DNA of 32,000 nt from Kineococcus radiotolerans SRS30216 = ATCC BAA-149. Its GTDB lineage: Bacteria > Actinomycetota > Actinomycetes > Actinomycetales > Kineococcaceae. The stretch covers positions 2,880,001-2,912,000 of the forward strand of contig NC_009664.2 in NCBI RefSeq assembly GCF_000017305.1, given 5' to 3'. The position numbers and the translations under genes were made by a program. The notes under the pieces were generated by a model. That model saw nothing but the letters and a program-made list of their open reading frames with translations. It did no database searches and was not told the origin of the DNA. Shown here in pieces: positions 16,444 through 24,954 of the stretch (the stretch's first letter is position 1; every line of letters begins with the position of its first letter).

Positions 16444-17004
16444 GTGACTCTCGCCCCCACCGCGGACCCGACCACGGACCCCGCCACCGAGCTGGTGGTG
16501 CTGCTGACCGAGGACGGCACGCCCTGCGGCACCGCGCCGAAGTCGGGGGTCCACCACCGGACCACACCGCTGCACCTGGCGTTCTCCTGCTGGATCCTCG
16601 ATGACGCCGGGCGCACCCTGCTGACCCGCCGCGCCGCCTCCAAGCGCACCTGGCCGGGGGTGTGGACGAACTCCTTCTGCGGCCACCCCGGACCGGGGGA
16701 GGAGCCCGCCGACGCGGTGCTGCGCCGCTCGGTGCAGGAGCTCGGGGTCCAGGTGGGCGACGTGAGCCCGCTGCTGCCGAGCTTCCGCTACCGCGCGGTC
16801 ATGGACGACGGCACCGTCGAGAACGAGGTGTGCCCCGTCTTCACCGCCCGCATCGCCCCCGGGGAGGGGGAGCTCGCCCCCGACCCCGCGGAGGTCGACG
16901 CGTTCCGCTGGGTCCACCTGGACGACCTCGCCGCGCAGGTCGCCGCCGACCCCTCGCCGTTCAGCCCGTGGATGCTGTGGCAGTGGGAGCAGTTCCCCCG
17001 CTGA
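16444..17004 (+). CDS. idi: Isopentenyl-diphosphate delta-isomerase, type 1 (Nudix)
   Basis: LHLAFSCWILD, LLTRRAASKRTWPGVWTNSFCGHP, ENEVCPVF and FSPWM match type 1 IDI. The start is uncertain (16444 preferred, 16360 possible). Confidence 0.85.
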   Translation: MTLAPTADPTTDPATELVVLLTEDGTPCGTAPKSGVHHRTTPLHLAFSCWILDDAGRTLLTRRAASKRTWPGVWTNSFCGHPGPGEEPADAVLRRSVQELGVQVGDVSPLLPSFRYRAVMDDGTVENEVCPVFTARIAPGEGELAPDPAEVDAFRWVHLDDLAAQVAADPSPFSPWMLWQWEQFPR

Positions 17005-17049
17005 CCGCCGCGAGGGCCATCCGCTCGGACACCTCGCCGGTCCACCGCC

Positions 17050-17354
17050 GCCCGCAGCGGCTCCTCCGGGCCCCTGGCGGCGCTCAGCCGGGTCGAGGTG
17101 GCCGCGGGCGGGGTCCAGGGCGCCCTGGGCGCTCCAGCGCTCCTCGTGGGCGGCGCGGGCGGTGGTGACGTCCTCGACCCCGCCGTGGCGGGCGGGCCGG
17201 TGAGCTGGTGCTGCGCGGGGTCCAGGTCGTCGGCCGGCGACCCGGTGCCCGCGCCGGACGCCAGGACGTCGCCGCGGACCACGACGACCTCGGCCCGGTG
17301 CCCGTGGGCGACCTCGGCGGTGCGCACGCAGCGCACCGCGCCGCCCTCGTCCAA
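17050..17354 (-). pseudogene. Possible degenerate, frameshifted ORF remnant (tentatively Maf-like) downstream of the carboxylase epsilon subunit
   Basis: No intact ORF with plausible composition. High GC3 runs in one minus frame from about 17354 to 17195 (..AEVVVVRGDVLASGAGTGSPADDLDPAQHQLTGP). It then continues in another frame (..VEDVTTARAAHEERWSAQGALDPARGH..). There is a weak resemblance to Maf motifs DxVL...GKPAD, L-TG and GEPLDKAG. Mycobacteria carry maf after accD5-accE5. Confidence 0.25.
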
Positions 17355-17406
17355 CCCCGCGCGCCGCCACGGCGACGACGGTGGGCGGGGCCTCGGACAG
17401 GACCCC

Positions 17407-17661
17407 TCAGCGGGGCAGGGCGCTGGCCCGCCAGCTGCCCCGCCCGGGGGCCGGGGGCAGGCCCAGGCTGCGCCGGGGGTCCGCCCACCGCGAGCGCGGC
17501 GCCGGCACGGCCGCGGCCTCGGGCTCCGGCGCCTGCGCCAGGCGGGTGGTGAGGACGACCGTCAGGGCGGCCAGCTCCTCGGGCTCGGGGTGGCCGCGCT
17601 CGATGCGCAGCGCGGTGAGGAGCTCGCGCACCCCCTGGTCGCTGGCCGTGTGGTCGCTCAC
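17407..17661 (-). CDS. Acyl-CoA carboxylase epsilon subunit (84 aa)
   Basis: GTG at 17661..17659, 14 nt after the beta-subunit stop, with GGAG in between. LRIERGHPEPEELAALTVVL and the C-terminal W...SWR pattern are typical of AccE/PccE. Confidence 0.7.
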   Translation of the reverse strand: MSDHTASDQGVRELLTALRIERGHPEPEELAALTVVLTTRLAQAPEPEAAAVPAPRSRWADPRRSLGLPPAPGRGSWRASALPR

Positions 17662-17675
17662 GCCGTCTCCGATCC

Positions 17676-19280
17676 TCACAGGGGGATGTTGCCGTGCTTC
17701 TTGGCGGGCAGGGTCGCCCGCTTGGCGGCCAGCGCCCGCAGCGCCCGGACGACCTGCACCCGGGTCTCGCTCGGGGCGATCACCGCGTCGACGTAGCCGC
17801 GCTCGGCCGCCACGTAGGGGTTCGCCAGCTGCAGCTCGTAGTCCTCCACGAGCCCGCGCCGGGTCGCCTCGACGTCCTCCCCGGCGTCCGCGGCGGCCTT
17901 GAGGGTGCTGCGGTGCAGGATGTTCACCGCCCCCTGGGCGCCCATCACGGCGATCTGCGCGCTGGGCCAGGCCAGGCACACGTCGGCGCCCATCTCCTTG
18001 CTGCCCATGACGATGTAGGCGCCGCCGTAGGCCTTGCGGGTGATGACGGTGACCAGCGGGACGGTGGCCTCGGCGTAGGCGTAGAGCAGCTTCGCGCCGC
18101 GGCGGATGATGCCGTTCCACTCCTGGTCGGTGCCAGGCAGGAAGCCGGGGACGTCGACGAAGGTCAGGACGGGCACGTTGAACGCGTCGCACAGCCGCAC
18201 GAAGCGGGCCGCCTTCTCGGAGGCGTCGATGTCGAGGGTCCCGGCCAGCTGCGAGGGCTGGTTGGCCACGACGCCCACCGGGCGGCCCTCCACGCGGCCG
18301 AAGCCGGTGAGGACGTTGGGGGCGAACAGCTCGTGGACCTGGAGGAACTCCTGGTCGTCGAGGACCTCGGCGATGACCGCGGTCATGTCGTAGGGCTGGT
18401 TGGGGGAGTCCGGCACGATCGAGTCCAGCACCAGGTCGTGCTCGTCGACGTGCAGGTCCCGCGGGTGCTCCGGGGCCAGCAGCGGCGGCTCGGAGAGGTT
18501 GTTGGAGGGCAGGTAGCCCAGCAGCTCGCGCACGTAGGCGATGGCCTCGTCCTCGGACTCGGCCAGGTGGTGCGCGACCCCGGAGCGGGTGGCGTGGGTG
18601 CGCCCGCCGCCGAGCTCCTCGAAGCCGACGTCCTCCCCGGTCACCGTCCGGATGACGTCGGGACCGGTGACGAACATGTGCGAGGTCTCCTCGACCATGA
18701 CCGTGATGTCGGTCAGGGCGGGGGAGTAGACCGCGCCCCCGGCCGAGGGCCCCAGGATCAGCGAGACCTGCGGGACGACGCCGGAGGCGTGCACGTTGCG
18801 GCGGAAGATCCGCGCGTACTGCACGAGGGAGGCGACCCCCTCCTGGATGCGGGCGCCCCCGCCGTCGTTGATGCCGACGACCGGGCAGCCCGTGGTGGCG
18901 GCGAAGTCCTGCAGCTCGGCGATCTTGGCGCCGTGCTCCTCGCCCAGCGACCCGCCGAAGGCGGTGAAGTCCTGGGCGTACACGCACACCGGGCGGCCCT
19001 CGACCGTCGCGTAGCCGGTGACGACCCCGTCGCCGTCGACGTGCTTGGCCGCCATCCCGAAGGCGGTGGCGCGGCTGCGCACGAAGCCGCCGCGCTCCAC
19101 GAAGGACCCTTCGTCGACCAGGGCCGCGATGCGCTCGCGGGCGGTCTTCTTGCCGCGCGGGTGCTGCTTGGCCGCGGCGCGCTCGTCGGCGGCCTGCACG
19201 GCCGCGCGGGTCCGGTCGTGCAGCGCCGCGACCTGACCCGCCGTCGTCCGCAGGTCGTGGGGGGTCTCGAGACTGCTCAC
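17676..19280 (-). CDS. pccB: Acyl-CoA (propionyl-CoA) carboxylase beta subunit / carboxyltransferase (534 aa)
   Basis: [61 protein letters not shown] and [27 protein letters not shown] mark the AccD5/PccB family. GTG at 19280..19278. Confidence 0.9.
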   Translation of the reverse strand: MSSLETPHDLRTTAGQVAALHDRTRAAVQAADERAAAKQHPRGKKTARERIAALVDEGSFVERGGFVRSRATAFGMAAKHVDGDGVVTGYATVEGRPVCVYAQDFTAFGGSLGEEHGAKIAELQDFAATTGCPVVGINDGGGARIQEGVASLVQYARIFRRNVHASGVVPQVSLILGPSAGGAVYSPALTDITVMVEETSHMFVTGPDVIRTVTGEDVGFEELGGGRTHATRSGVAHHLAESEDEAIAYVRELLGYLPSNNLSEPPLLAPEHPRDLHVDEHDLVLDSIVPDSPNQPYDMTAVIAEVLDDQEFLQVHELFAPNVLTGFGRVEGRPVGVVANQPSQLAGTLDIDASEKAARFVRLCDAFNVPVLTFVDVPGFLPGTDQEWNGIIRRGAKLLYAYAEATVPLVTVITRKAYGGAYIVMGSKEMGADVCLAWPSAQIAVMGAQGAVNILHRSTLKAAADAGEDVEATRRGLVEDYELQLANPYVAAERGYVDAVIAPSETRVQVVRALRALAAKRATLPAKKHGNIPL

Positions 19281-19288
19281 GGCCCCGC

Positions 19289-19294
19289 AGCGTA
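19289..19294 (-). promoter_or_regulatory. Candidate -10 hexamer (TACGCT on the minus strand) for leaderless pccB
   Basis: The minus strand reads tacgctgcggggccGTG, with the hexamer 8 nt before the start codon. No SD sequence is evident. Confidence 0.3.
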
Positions 19295-19397
19295 CGGGCT
19301 CCGGGGACCCGCCACGACCCCGCGACCGGACGTGGCGGGGCGCGGGCGGTAGCTTGACGTCGAGACAGAGCCGAGCGCAGTCGGAGGGGACAGCACA

Positions 19398-20612
19398 GTG
19401 GCCAAGATCAAGGTCCAGGGACCGGTCGTCGAGCTCGACGGTGACGAGATGACCCGGATCATCTGGCAGTTCATCAAGGACCGCCTGGTCCACCCGTACC
19501 TCGACGTCGACCTGGAGTACTACGACCTGGGCGTCGAGCACCGCGACGCCACCGACGACCAGGTGACGATCGACGCGGCCCACGCCATCCAGCGGGCCGG
19601 GGTGGGCGTCAAGTGCGCGACGATCACGCCCGACGAGGCGCGCGTCGAGGAGTTCGGCCTCAAGAAGATGTGGCGCTCGCCCAACGGGACGATCCGCAAC
19701 ATCCTCGGCGGCGTGATCTTCCGCGAGCCGATCATCATCTCCAACATCCCGCGCCTGGTGCCGGGCTGGACCAAGCCGATCATCGTCGGCCGCCACGCCT
19801 ACGGCGACCAGTACCGCGCGACCGACTTCAAGTTCCCCAGCGCGGGCACCCTCACGGTGACCTTCACCCCCGAGGACGGCTCCGAGCCCATCGAGCACGA
19901 GGTCTTCCAGGCCCCCGGCGCCGGCGTCTCGCTGTCGATGTACAACCTCGACGCCTCGATCGTCGACTTCGCGCGCTCCTCGCTCAACTACGGCCTGGCG
20001 CGCAACTACCCGGTGTACCTCTCCACGAAGAACACGATCCTCAAGGCCTACGACGGCCGGTTCAAGGACATCTTCGAGGAGGTCTTCGAGAACGAGTTCA
20101 AGGACAGGTTCGCCGAGGCCGGGATCACCTACGAGCACCGCCTCATCGACGACATGGTCGCCGCGTCCCTGAAGTGGGAGGGCGGCTACGTCTGGGCCTG
20201 CAAGAACTACGACGGCGACGTCCAGTCCGACACCGTCGCGCAGGGCTTCGGCTCGCTGGGGCTGATGACCTCGGTGCTGTCCACCCCGGACGGCTCCGTG
20301 GTGGAGGCCGAGGCCGCCCACGGCACCGTGACCCGCCACTACCGCCAGCACCAGCAGGGCAAGCCGACGTCGACGAACCCGATCGCGTCGATCTACGCCT
20401 GGACCCGCGGGCTGGCCCACCGCGGCAAGCTGGACTCCACCCCCGAGGTCACCGGCTTCGCCGAGACCCTCGAGGACGTCGTCATCAAGACCGTCGAGAG
20501 CGGCAAGATGACCAAGGACCTCGCGCTGCTCGTCGGGCCGGACCAGCCCTGGCAGACCACCGAGGAGTTCCTCGGCAGCCTCGACGACAACCTCGCCGCG
20601 CGCCTGGCCTGA
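19398..20612 (+). CDS. icd: NADP-dependent isocitrate dehydrogenase (about 400-aa IDH1-like type)
   Basis: [46 protein letters not shown] and [12 protein letters not shown] at 19398 is preceded by GGAGGGGA. Confidence 0.95.
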   Translation: MAKIKVQGPVVELDGDEMTRIIWQFIKDRLVHPYLDVDLEYYDLGVEHRDATDDQVTIDAAHAIQRAGVGVKCATITPDEARVEEFGLKKMWRSPNGTIRNILGGVIFREPIIISNIPRLVPGWTKPIIVGRHAYGDQYRATDFKFPSAGTLTVTFTPEDGSEPIEHEVFQAPGAGVSLSMYNLDASIVDFARSSLNYGLARNYPVYLSTKNTILKAYDGRFKDIFEEVFENEFKDRFAEAGITYEHRLIDDMVAASLKWEGGYVWACKNYDGDVQSDTVAQGFGSLGLMTSVLSTPDGSVVEAEAAHGTVTRHYRQHQQGKPTSTNPIASIYAWTRGLAHRGKLDSTPEVTGFAETLEDVVIKTVESGKMTKDLALLVGPDQPWQTTEEFLGSLDDNLAARLA

Positions 20613-20625
20613 GACGCGCCCACGG

Positions 20626-20657
20626 ACGGCCCCGCACCCACCGGTGCGGGGCCGTTC
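20626..20657 (+). terminator. Intrinsic terminator-like hairpin after icd
   Basis: acggccccgcacc (20626-20638), loop cacc, ggtgcggggccgt (20643-20655), followed by t. Begins 14 nt after the icd stop. Confidence 0.6.
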
Positions 20658-20715
20658 GCCGTCCGGCGGGACGCACACTGTCCCGGTACCCGCACGACGA
20701 GTCCAGGAGGACGTC

Positions 20716-21843
20716 ATGGCCAGGCGCCGGCTGCCGCTGCCCTCGATGGGGCGACGCGGCATGGTCCCCTCCCGCAACCTCGCCCAGGACGGCGCCATCC
20801 CGGCCCGGGCCGACAGCCGCGGCAGCAGCCTCGTCGACAGCGGCGTGTACCTGCGCGGCGAGCGGGTCGCCTCCCCCAAGGACCTCGCGAGCACGCTGGC
20901 GTCCCTGCGCGAGCAGGAGGGCCGCATCGCCTGGATGGGTCTCTACCGCCCCGCCGAGCCGGAGCTGAACGCCCTCGCCGCCGAGTTCGACCTGCACGAG
21001 CTCGCCGTGGAGGACGCCGTCCTCGCCCACCAGCGCCCCAAGCTGGAGCGCTACGGCTCCACCCTGTTCGTCGTGCTGCGCGCGGCCCGCTACGTCGACG
21101 CCCGGGAGGAGGTCGAGTTCGGGGAGCTGCACCTGTTCATCGGCCGCGACTTCGTCATCACCGTGCGGCACAGCGAGTCCCCGGACCTCTCCGCGGTCCG
21201 GCGGCGCATGGAGCGCGACCCGGAGCTGCTGGGGCGGGGGACCGAGGCCGTCCTCTACGCCATCCTCGACGCCGTCGTCGACGGGTACGGGCCGGTGCTG
21301 CACGGCCTGGAGAACGACATCGACGAGATCGAGACGCAGGTGTTCACCGGCGACCCGACGGTGTCGCGGCGCATCTACGAGCTCTCCCAGGAGGTCGTCG
21401 ACGTCCAGCGGGCCATCACCCCGCTGGCCTCGATCCTCACCGGCCTCACCGGGGGGTTCCAGAAGTACCGCGTCGACGAGGAGCTGCAGCGGTACCTGCG
21501 CGACGTCGCCGACCACGTCACCCTCGCCGCGGAGCGCGTGGAGAACTTCCGCAACCAGCTGCGCGACATCCTCACCGTCAACGCGACCCTGGTGGGGCAG
21601 CGGCAGAACGAGGAGATGCGCGCGCTGACCGAGGCCAGCTACGCGCAGAGCGAGGAGGTCAAGAAGATCTCCTCCTGGGCGGCCATCCTCTTCGCCCCCA
21701 GCCTGGTGGGGGGCATCTACGGGATGAACTTCACCCACATGCCCGAGCTGGACTGGAGGCTCGGGTACCCGCTGGCGCTGCTGCTCATGCTCGTCCTGAG
21801 CGTCACGCTCTACGCGATCTTCCGGCGCCGGGGCTGGTTGTGA
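20716..21843 (+). CDS. corA: Magnesium/cobalt transporter CorA (375 aa)
   Basis: ATG at 20716 after AGGAGG. YGMNF (GMN motif) lies between two C-terminal TM helices. The N-terminal cytoplasmic domain contains HELAVEDA. Confidence 0.85.
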   Translation: MARRRLPLPSMGRRGMVPSRNLAQDGAIPARADSRGSSLVDSGVYLRGERVASPKDLASTLASLREQEGRIAWMGLYRPAEPELNALAAEFDLHELAVEDAVLAHQRPKLERYGSTLFVVLRAARYVDAREEVEFGELHLFIGRDFVITVRHSESPDLSAVRRRMERDPELLGRGTEAVLYAILDAVVDGYGPVLHGLENDIDEIETQVFTGDPTVSRRIYELSQEVVDVQRAITPLASILTGLTGGFQKYRVDEELQRYLRDVADHVTLAAERVENFRNQLRDILTVNATLVGQRQNEEMRALTEASYAQSEEVKKISSWAAILFAPSLVGGIYGMNFTHMPELDWRLGYPLALLLMLVLSVTLYAIFRRRGWL

Positions 21844-21929
21844 CGAGCGTGCGGGCCGAAGCGTGCCATCATCGGCTTCCTGCGAGCGGTTGAGCCAGAG
21901 CCGTCCCGCGCTCAACCACGAGGTGCACA

Positions 21930-23006
21930 GTGAAGATCGTCTACCACAGCTTCGAAGGGCGGTACTCGGACAACCCGAGAGCGCTGCACGAGGCGCTCAG
22001 GACCCGTACCGGGACCGAGCACGAGCACGTGTGGCTCGCCGACGCCGAGCACGCGCACGGCTTCCCCGCGGACGCGGCGACCGTGCCCTTCGGCACGCCC
22101 GAGGCCCGCCGGGCCCTGGAGAGCGCCGACCTCGTCGTGTCCAACACCCACCTGGACCTCGACTGGGACAAGCCGGCGCACGCGACGTACCTGCAGACCT
22201 GGCACGGCACGCCGCTCAAGCGCATCCACCGCGACGTGCTCTTCGCCCCCGAGGGCCGCCTGGACCGCCTCGACCACGACGTGGCCCGCTGGGACCTGCT
22301 GCTGTCGCCGAACGCGGCGAGCACGCCGCTGCTGCGCGGCGCCTTCCGCTTCCCGGGCCCGGTCCACGAGACGGGCTACCCGCGCAACGACGTGCTCCTC
22401 GCCCCCGACGCCGCGCAGCGGCGGGCGCGCGTGCGCGAGCAGCTCGGCATCGCCGACGGGGTGCAGGCGGTGCTCTACGCGCCGACGTGGCGCGACGACG
22501 ACTTCTTCGGCGAGGGCCCCAAGTTCGCCCTGCGCTTCGACGTCGAGCGCTTCCGCAGCGAGCTGGGCGAGGGCTCGGTGCTCATGCTGCGCCTGCACTA
22601 CATGGTGTCGGCGGCGCTGTCCGGCGCCGAGCTGCCCGGGGTGGTCGACGTCTCGTTCCACCCCGACATCAGCGACCTCTACCTGGCCGCGGACGTGCTC
22701 GTCACCGACTACTCCTCGGTGCAGTTCGACTTCGCGGTCACCGGCAAGCCGATCGTGTACCACGTGCACGACCTGGAGCACTACCGCGGCGTGCTGCGCG
22801 GCTTCTACTTCGACTTCGAGGAGATCGCCGCCGGTCCGCTGCTGGCCACCAGCGAGGAGGTCGTCGAGGCGCTGCGCGACGTGGACGTCGTGCGCGCGCA
22901 GTACGGAGAACGCTACGCCGCGTTCCAGGAGCGCTTCTGCCACCTGGAGGACGGCCGGGCCGGCGACCGGGTCCTGGACCTGGTGCTGGGAGAGGAGAAC
23001 CGATGA
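21930..23006 (+). CDS. CDP-glycerol glycerophosphotransferase family protein (TagB/TagF-like catalytic domain, 358 aa)
   Basis: YLQTWHGTPLKRI, LLSPN, GYPRND, VLYAPTWRDD and DVLVTDYSSVQFDF are hallmarks of the TagF/TagB family. GTG at 21930. Confidence 0.8.
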   Translation: MKIVYHSFEGRYSDNPRALHEALRTRTGTEHEHVWLADAEHAHGFPADAATVPFGTPEARRALESADLVVSNTHLDLDWDKPAHATYLQTWHGTPLKRIHRDVLFAPEGRLDRLDHDVARWDLLLSPNAASTPLLRGAFRFPGPVHETGYPRNDVLLAPDAAQRRARVREQLGIADGVQAVLYAPTWRDDDFFGEGPKFALRFDVERFRSELGEGSVLMLRLHYMVSAALSGAELPGVVDVSFHPDISDLYLAADVLVTDYSSVQFDFAVTGKPIVYHVHDLEHYRGVLRGFYFDFEEIAAGPLLATSEEVVEALRDVDVVRAQYGERYAAFQERFCHLEDGRAGDRVLDLVLGEENR

Positions 23007-23728
23007 ACGTGCAGGCGTCGATCCTGGCGGCGGGGATGGGGACGAGGCTCGGCCGGCCGCTGCCGAAGTCCCAGACCGTGCTGCGCGACGGGCGCACGAT
23101 CATGCAGCAGCAGGTGGACAACCTGCGCGGCGTGCTGGGTGAGGACGTGCCGATCACGGTCGTCGTGGGCTTCAAGGCCACGGTGATCATGGAGGCGCGT
23201 CCCGACGTGCTCTTCGCCTACAACGAGCTGTTCGACTCCACGAACACCTCCAAGAGCCTGCTGCGGGCCCTGGAGACCTCCCACCCCGGGGGCGTGCTCT
23301 GGCTCAACGGCGACGTCGTCTTCGACCCGCGCATCCTGCGCCACGCCCAGCCGTGGCTGGCGCGCGACGAGACGTTCGTGTGCGTGAACACCGCCTCCGT
23401 CGCCGAGGAGGAGGTCAAGTACACCGTCGACGCCGAGGGGTTCGTCCTCGAGCTGTCGAAGACGGTCGTGGGCGGGCTGGGCGAGGCCGTCGGCATCAAC
23501 TACATCGGCTCCCGCGACAAGCAGGTCCTCGTGGAGTGCCTGCGCGCCTGCGCCGACCAGGACTACTTCGAGCGCGGGCTGGAGCTCGCCGTCGCCCGGG
23601 GCGTGCGCATCGCGCCGGTGGACATCTCCGCCTTCGACGTCGTCGAGGTCGACTTCGAGGAGGACCTGCGGCGCGCCGACGCGATCGACGCCGAGCACCT
23701 GCGTCTCGACGTGCGGGCCCAGGCCTAG
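23003..23728 (+). CDS. LicC-like nucleotidyltransferase (alcohol/sugar-phosphate cytidylyltransferase family, 241 aa)
   Basis: ATG at 23003 overlaps the upstream stop (ATGA). N-terminal ILAAGMGTRLG...PK nucleotide-binding motif. The overall layout resembles LicC/NTP_transf_3 enzymes. Confidence 0.7.
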   Translation: MNVQASILAAGMGTRLGRPLPKSQTVLRDGRTIMQQQVDNLRGVLGEDVPITVVVGFKATVIMEARPDVLFAYNELFDSTNTSKSLLRALETSHPGGVLWLNGDVVFDPRILRHAQPWLARDETFVCVNTASVAEEEVKYTVDAEGFVLELSKTVVGGLGEAVGINYIGSRDKQVLVECLRACADQDYFERGLELAVARGVRIAPVDISAFDVVEVDFEEDLRRADAIDAEHLRLDVRAQA

Positions 23729-23733
23729 GTCCC

Positions 23734-23739
23734 TAGCGT
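23734..23739 (+). promoter_or_regulatory. Candidate -10 hexamer (TAGCGT) for a leaderless transcript of the 23746 gene
   Basis: tagcgtcggggcATG: the hexamer lies 6 nt before the ATG, only 6 nt after the upstream stop codon. Confidence 0.35.
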
Positions 23740-23745
23740 CGGGGC

Positions 23746-24045
23746 ATGTCCGCACTCCGACTCCCCGCCCGCGCCGTCGACGCCGCCATCGAGGCGTACC
23801 AACGCCGGATCTCCCCGCGCAAGGGCTACGAGTGCGCCCACCGCGTCGCCCACGGCGGGGACTCCTGCTCGGCGGCCGTGCGCGGGGAGGTCGCCCGTCG
23901 CGGGGTGGTGCGGGCCGTCGTCCCCAGCGCCGTGCGCTTCCTGGCCTGCTACCGGGCCGTGGCGCTGCTGCTGCCCACGCAGACGAGCGGGGTCTGCTGC
24001 CTGGGTCCCATCCCGATCCCCTTCAGCTTCGGCGGGCGCCGCTGA
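23746..24045 (+). CDS. Small Cys-rich protein, YidD/Haemolytic-domain (PF01809)-like variant (99 aa)
   Basis: AYQRRISPRKGYECAHRV..GGDSCSAAV...G....RF.AC resembles the YQ..ISP..G..C......SCS core of YidD-type proteins, but with the CA-x-R variant instead of CRF-PTCS. Hydrophobic, Cys-containing tail. Confidence 0.45.
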   Translation: MSALRLPARAVDAAIEAYQRRISPRKGYECAHRVAHGGDSCSAAVRGEVARRGVVRAVVPSAVRFLACYRAVALLLPTQTSGVCCLGPIPIPFSFGGRR

Positions 24046-24073
24046 CCCCGGCCGTCACCGGCCCGGGCCGTCG

Positions 24074-24931
24074 TCACCGGAAGACGACGGTCCGGTTGCC
24101 GTCCAGCAGCACCCGCTGCTCGGCGTGCCAGCGCACCGCGCGGGCCAGCGTCCGCGCCTCGACGTCCTGACCGAGCCGGACCAGCTCGGGCGGGGTGTGC
24201 CGGTGGTCCACGCGCTCGATCTCCTGCTCGATGATCGGGCCCTCGTCCAGGTCGGCGGTCACGTAGTGCGCGGTCGCGCCGATGATCTTCACGCCCCGGG
24301 CGTGGGCCTGGTGGTAGGGCTTGGCGCCCTTGAAGCTCGGCAGGAACGAGTGGTGGATGTTGATGGCCCGTCCCGACAGGCTGCGGCACAGGTCGTCGGA
24401 CAGGATCTGCATGTAGCGGGCGAGGACCACCAGCTCCACGTCGAGCTCGTCGACGAGCTCCAGCAGCCGGGCCTCCCCGGCCGCCTTCGACGCCGCGTCC
24501 CCCGTCGTCACCGGGACGTGCACGAAGGGGATCCCGTAGAACTGCGCCAGCGGCGCGAGGTCGGTGTGGTTGGACACCACGGCCGCGATCTCGATCGGCA
24601 GCCCGCCGGAGCGGTGCCGGAACAGCAGGTCGTTGAGGCAGTGCCCCTGCTTGGAGCACATCACCAGCGTGCGCATCGGCTCGTCGGCCGCCGACAGCGT
24701 CCACGTCAGCCCGAAGCGGGCCGCGACGACCTCCAGGTTCGCGCGCAGCGCCTCCTCGCTCGCCGCCGCGTCGAAGGCCACCCGCATGCTGAAGAGCCCG
24801 GAGTCGGGGTCCCCGAACTGCTGGCTCTCGGTGATGTTGGCGTCCAGGGCGACCAGGGCCCCGGTCACGGCGTGGACGATGCCGGGGCGGTCGGGACAGG
24901 ACAGGGTCAGGACCCTCGGGCGCGTGCTCAC
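24074..24931 (-). CDS. purU: Formyltetrahydrofolate deformylase
   Basis: N-terminal ACT domain (LTLSCPDRPGIVHAVTGAL) plus a formyltransferase domain (SNH.DL, INIHHSFLPSFKGAKPY.QA, GATAHYVT..LDEGPII.Q). GTG at 24931..24929. Confidence 0.9.
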   Translation of the reverse strand: MSTRPRVLTLSCPDRPGIVHAVTGALVALDANITESQQFGDPDSGLFSMRVAFDAAASEEALRANLEVVAARFGLTWTLSAADEPMRTLVMCSKQGHCLNDLLFRHRSGGLPIEIAAVVSNHTDLAPLAQFYGIPFVHVPVTTGDAASKAAGEARLLELVDELDVELVVLARYMQILSDDLCRSLSGRAINIHHSFLPSFKGAKPYHQAHARGVKIIGATAHYVTADLDEGPIIEQEIERVDHRHTPPELVRLGQDVEARTLARAVRWHAEQRVLLDGNRTVVFR

Positions 24932-24938
24932 GGGACGG

Positions 24939-24948
24939 AGCCTAGGCT
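24939..24948. promoter_or_regulatory. 10-bp palindrome AGCCTAGGCT providing a TAGGCT -10-like hexamer on both strands for divergent purU and the isochorismate synthase gene
   Basis: On the plus strand, TAGGCT at 24943-24948 lies 6 nt before the GTG at 24955. On the minus strand, TAGGCT (complement of 24939-24944) lies 7 nt before the GTG at 24931. The whole intergenic gap is 23 bp. Confidence 0.4.
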
Positions 24949-24954
24949 GCAGGA

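Noticed and set aside
12089-16649. 903-aa (12089..14800) and 741-aa (14424..16649) minus-strand ORFs
   Set aside because: They are antisense to purN/purH and to the SfnG-like gene, both of which have clear family signatures. The translations have low-complexity composition, so these are high-GC artefacts.
17098-17796. 232-aa plus-strand ORF across the idi-accE spacer and into the carboxylase genes
   Set aside because: It overlaps the well-supported epsilon and beta subunit genes in antisense. Its composition is Gly/Ala/Arg/Pro-rich, and its GC3 is no better than the minus frames.
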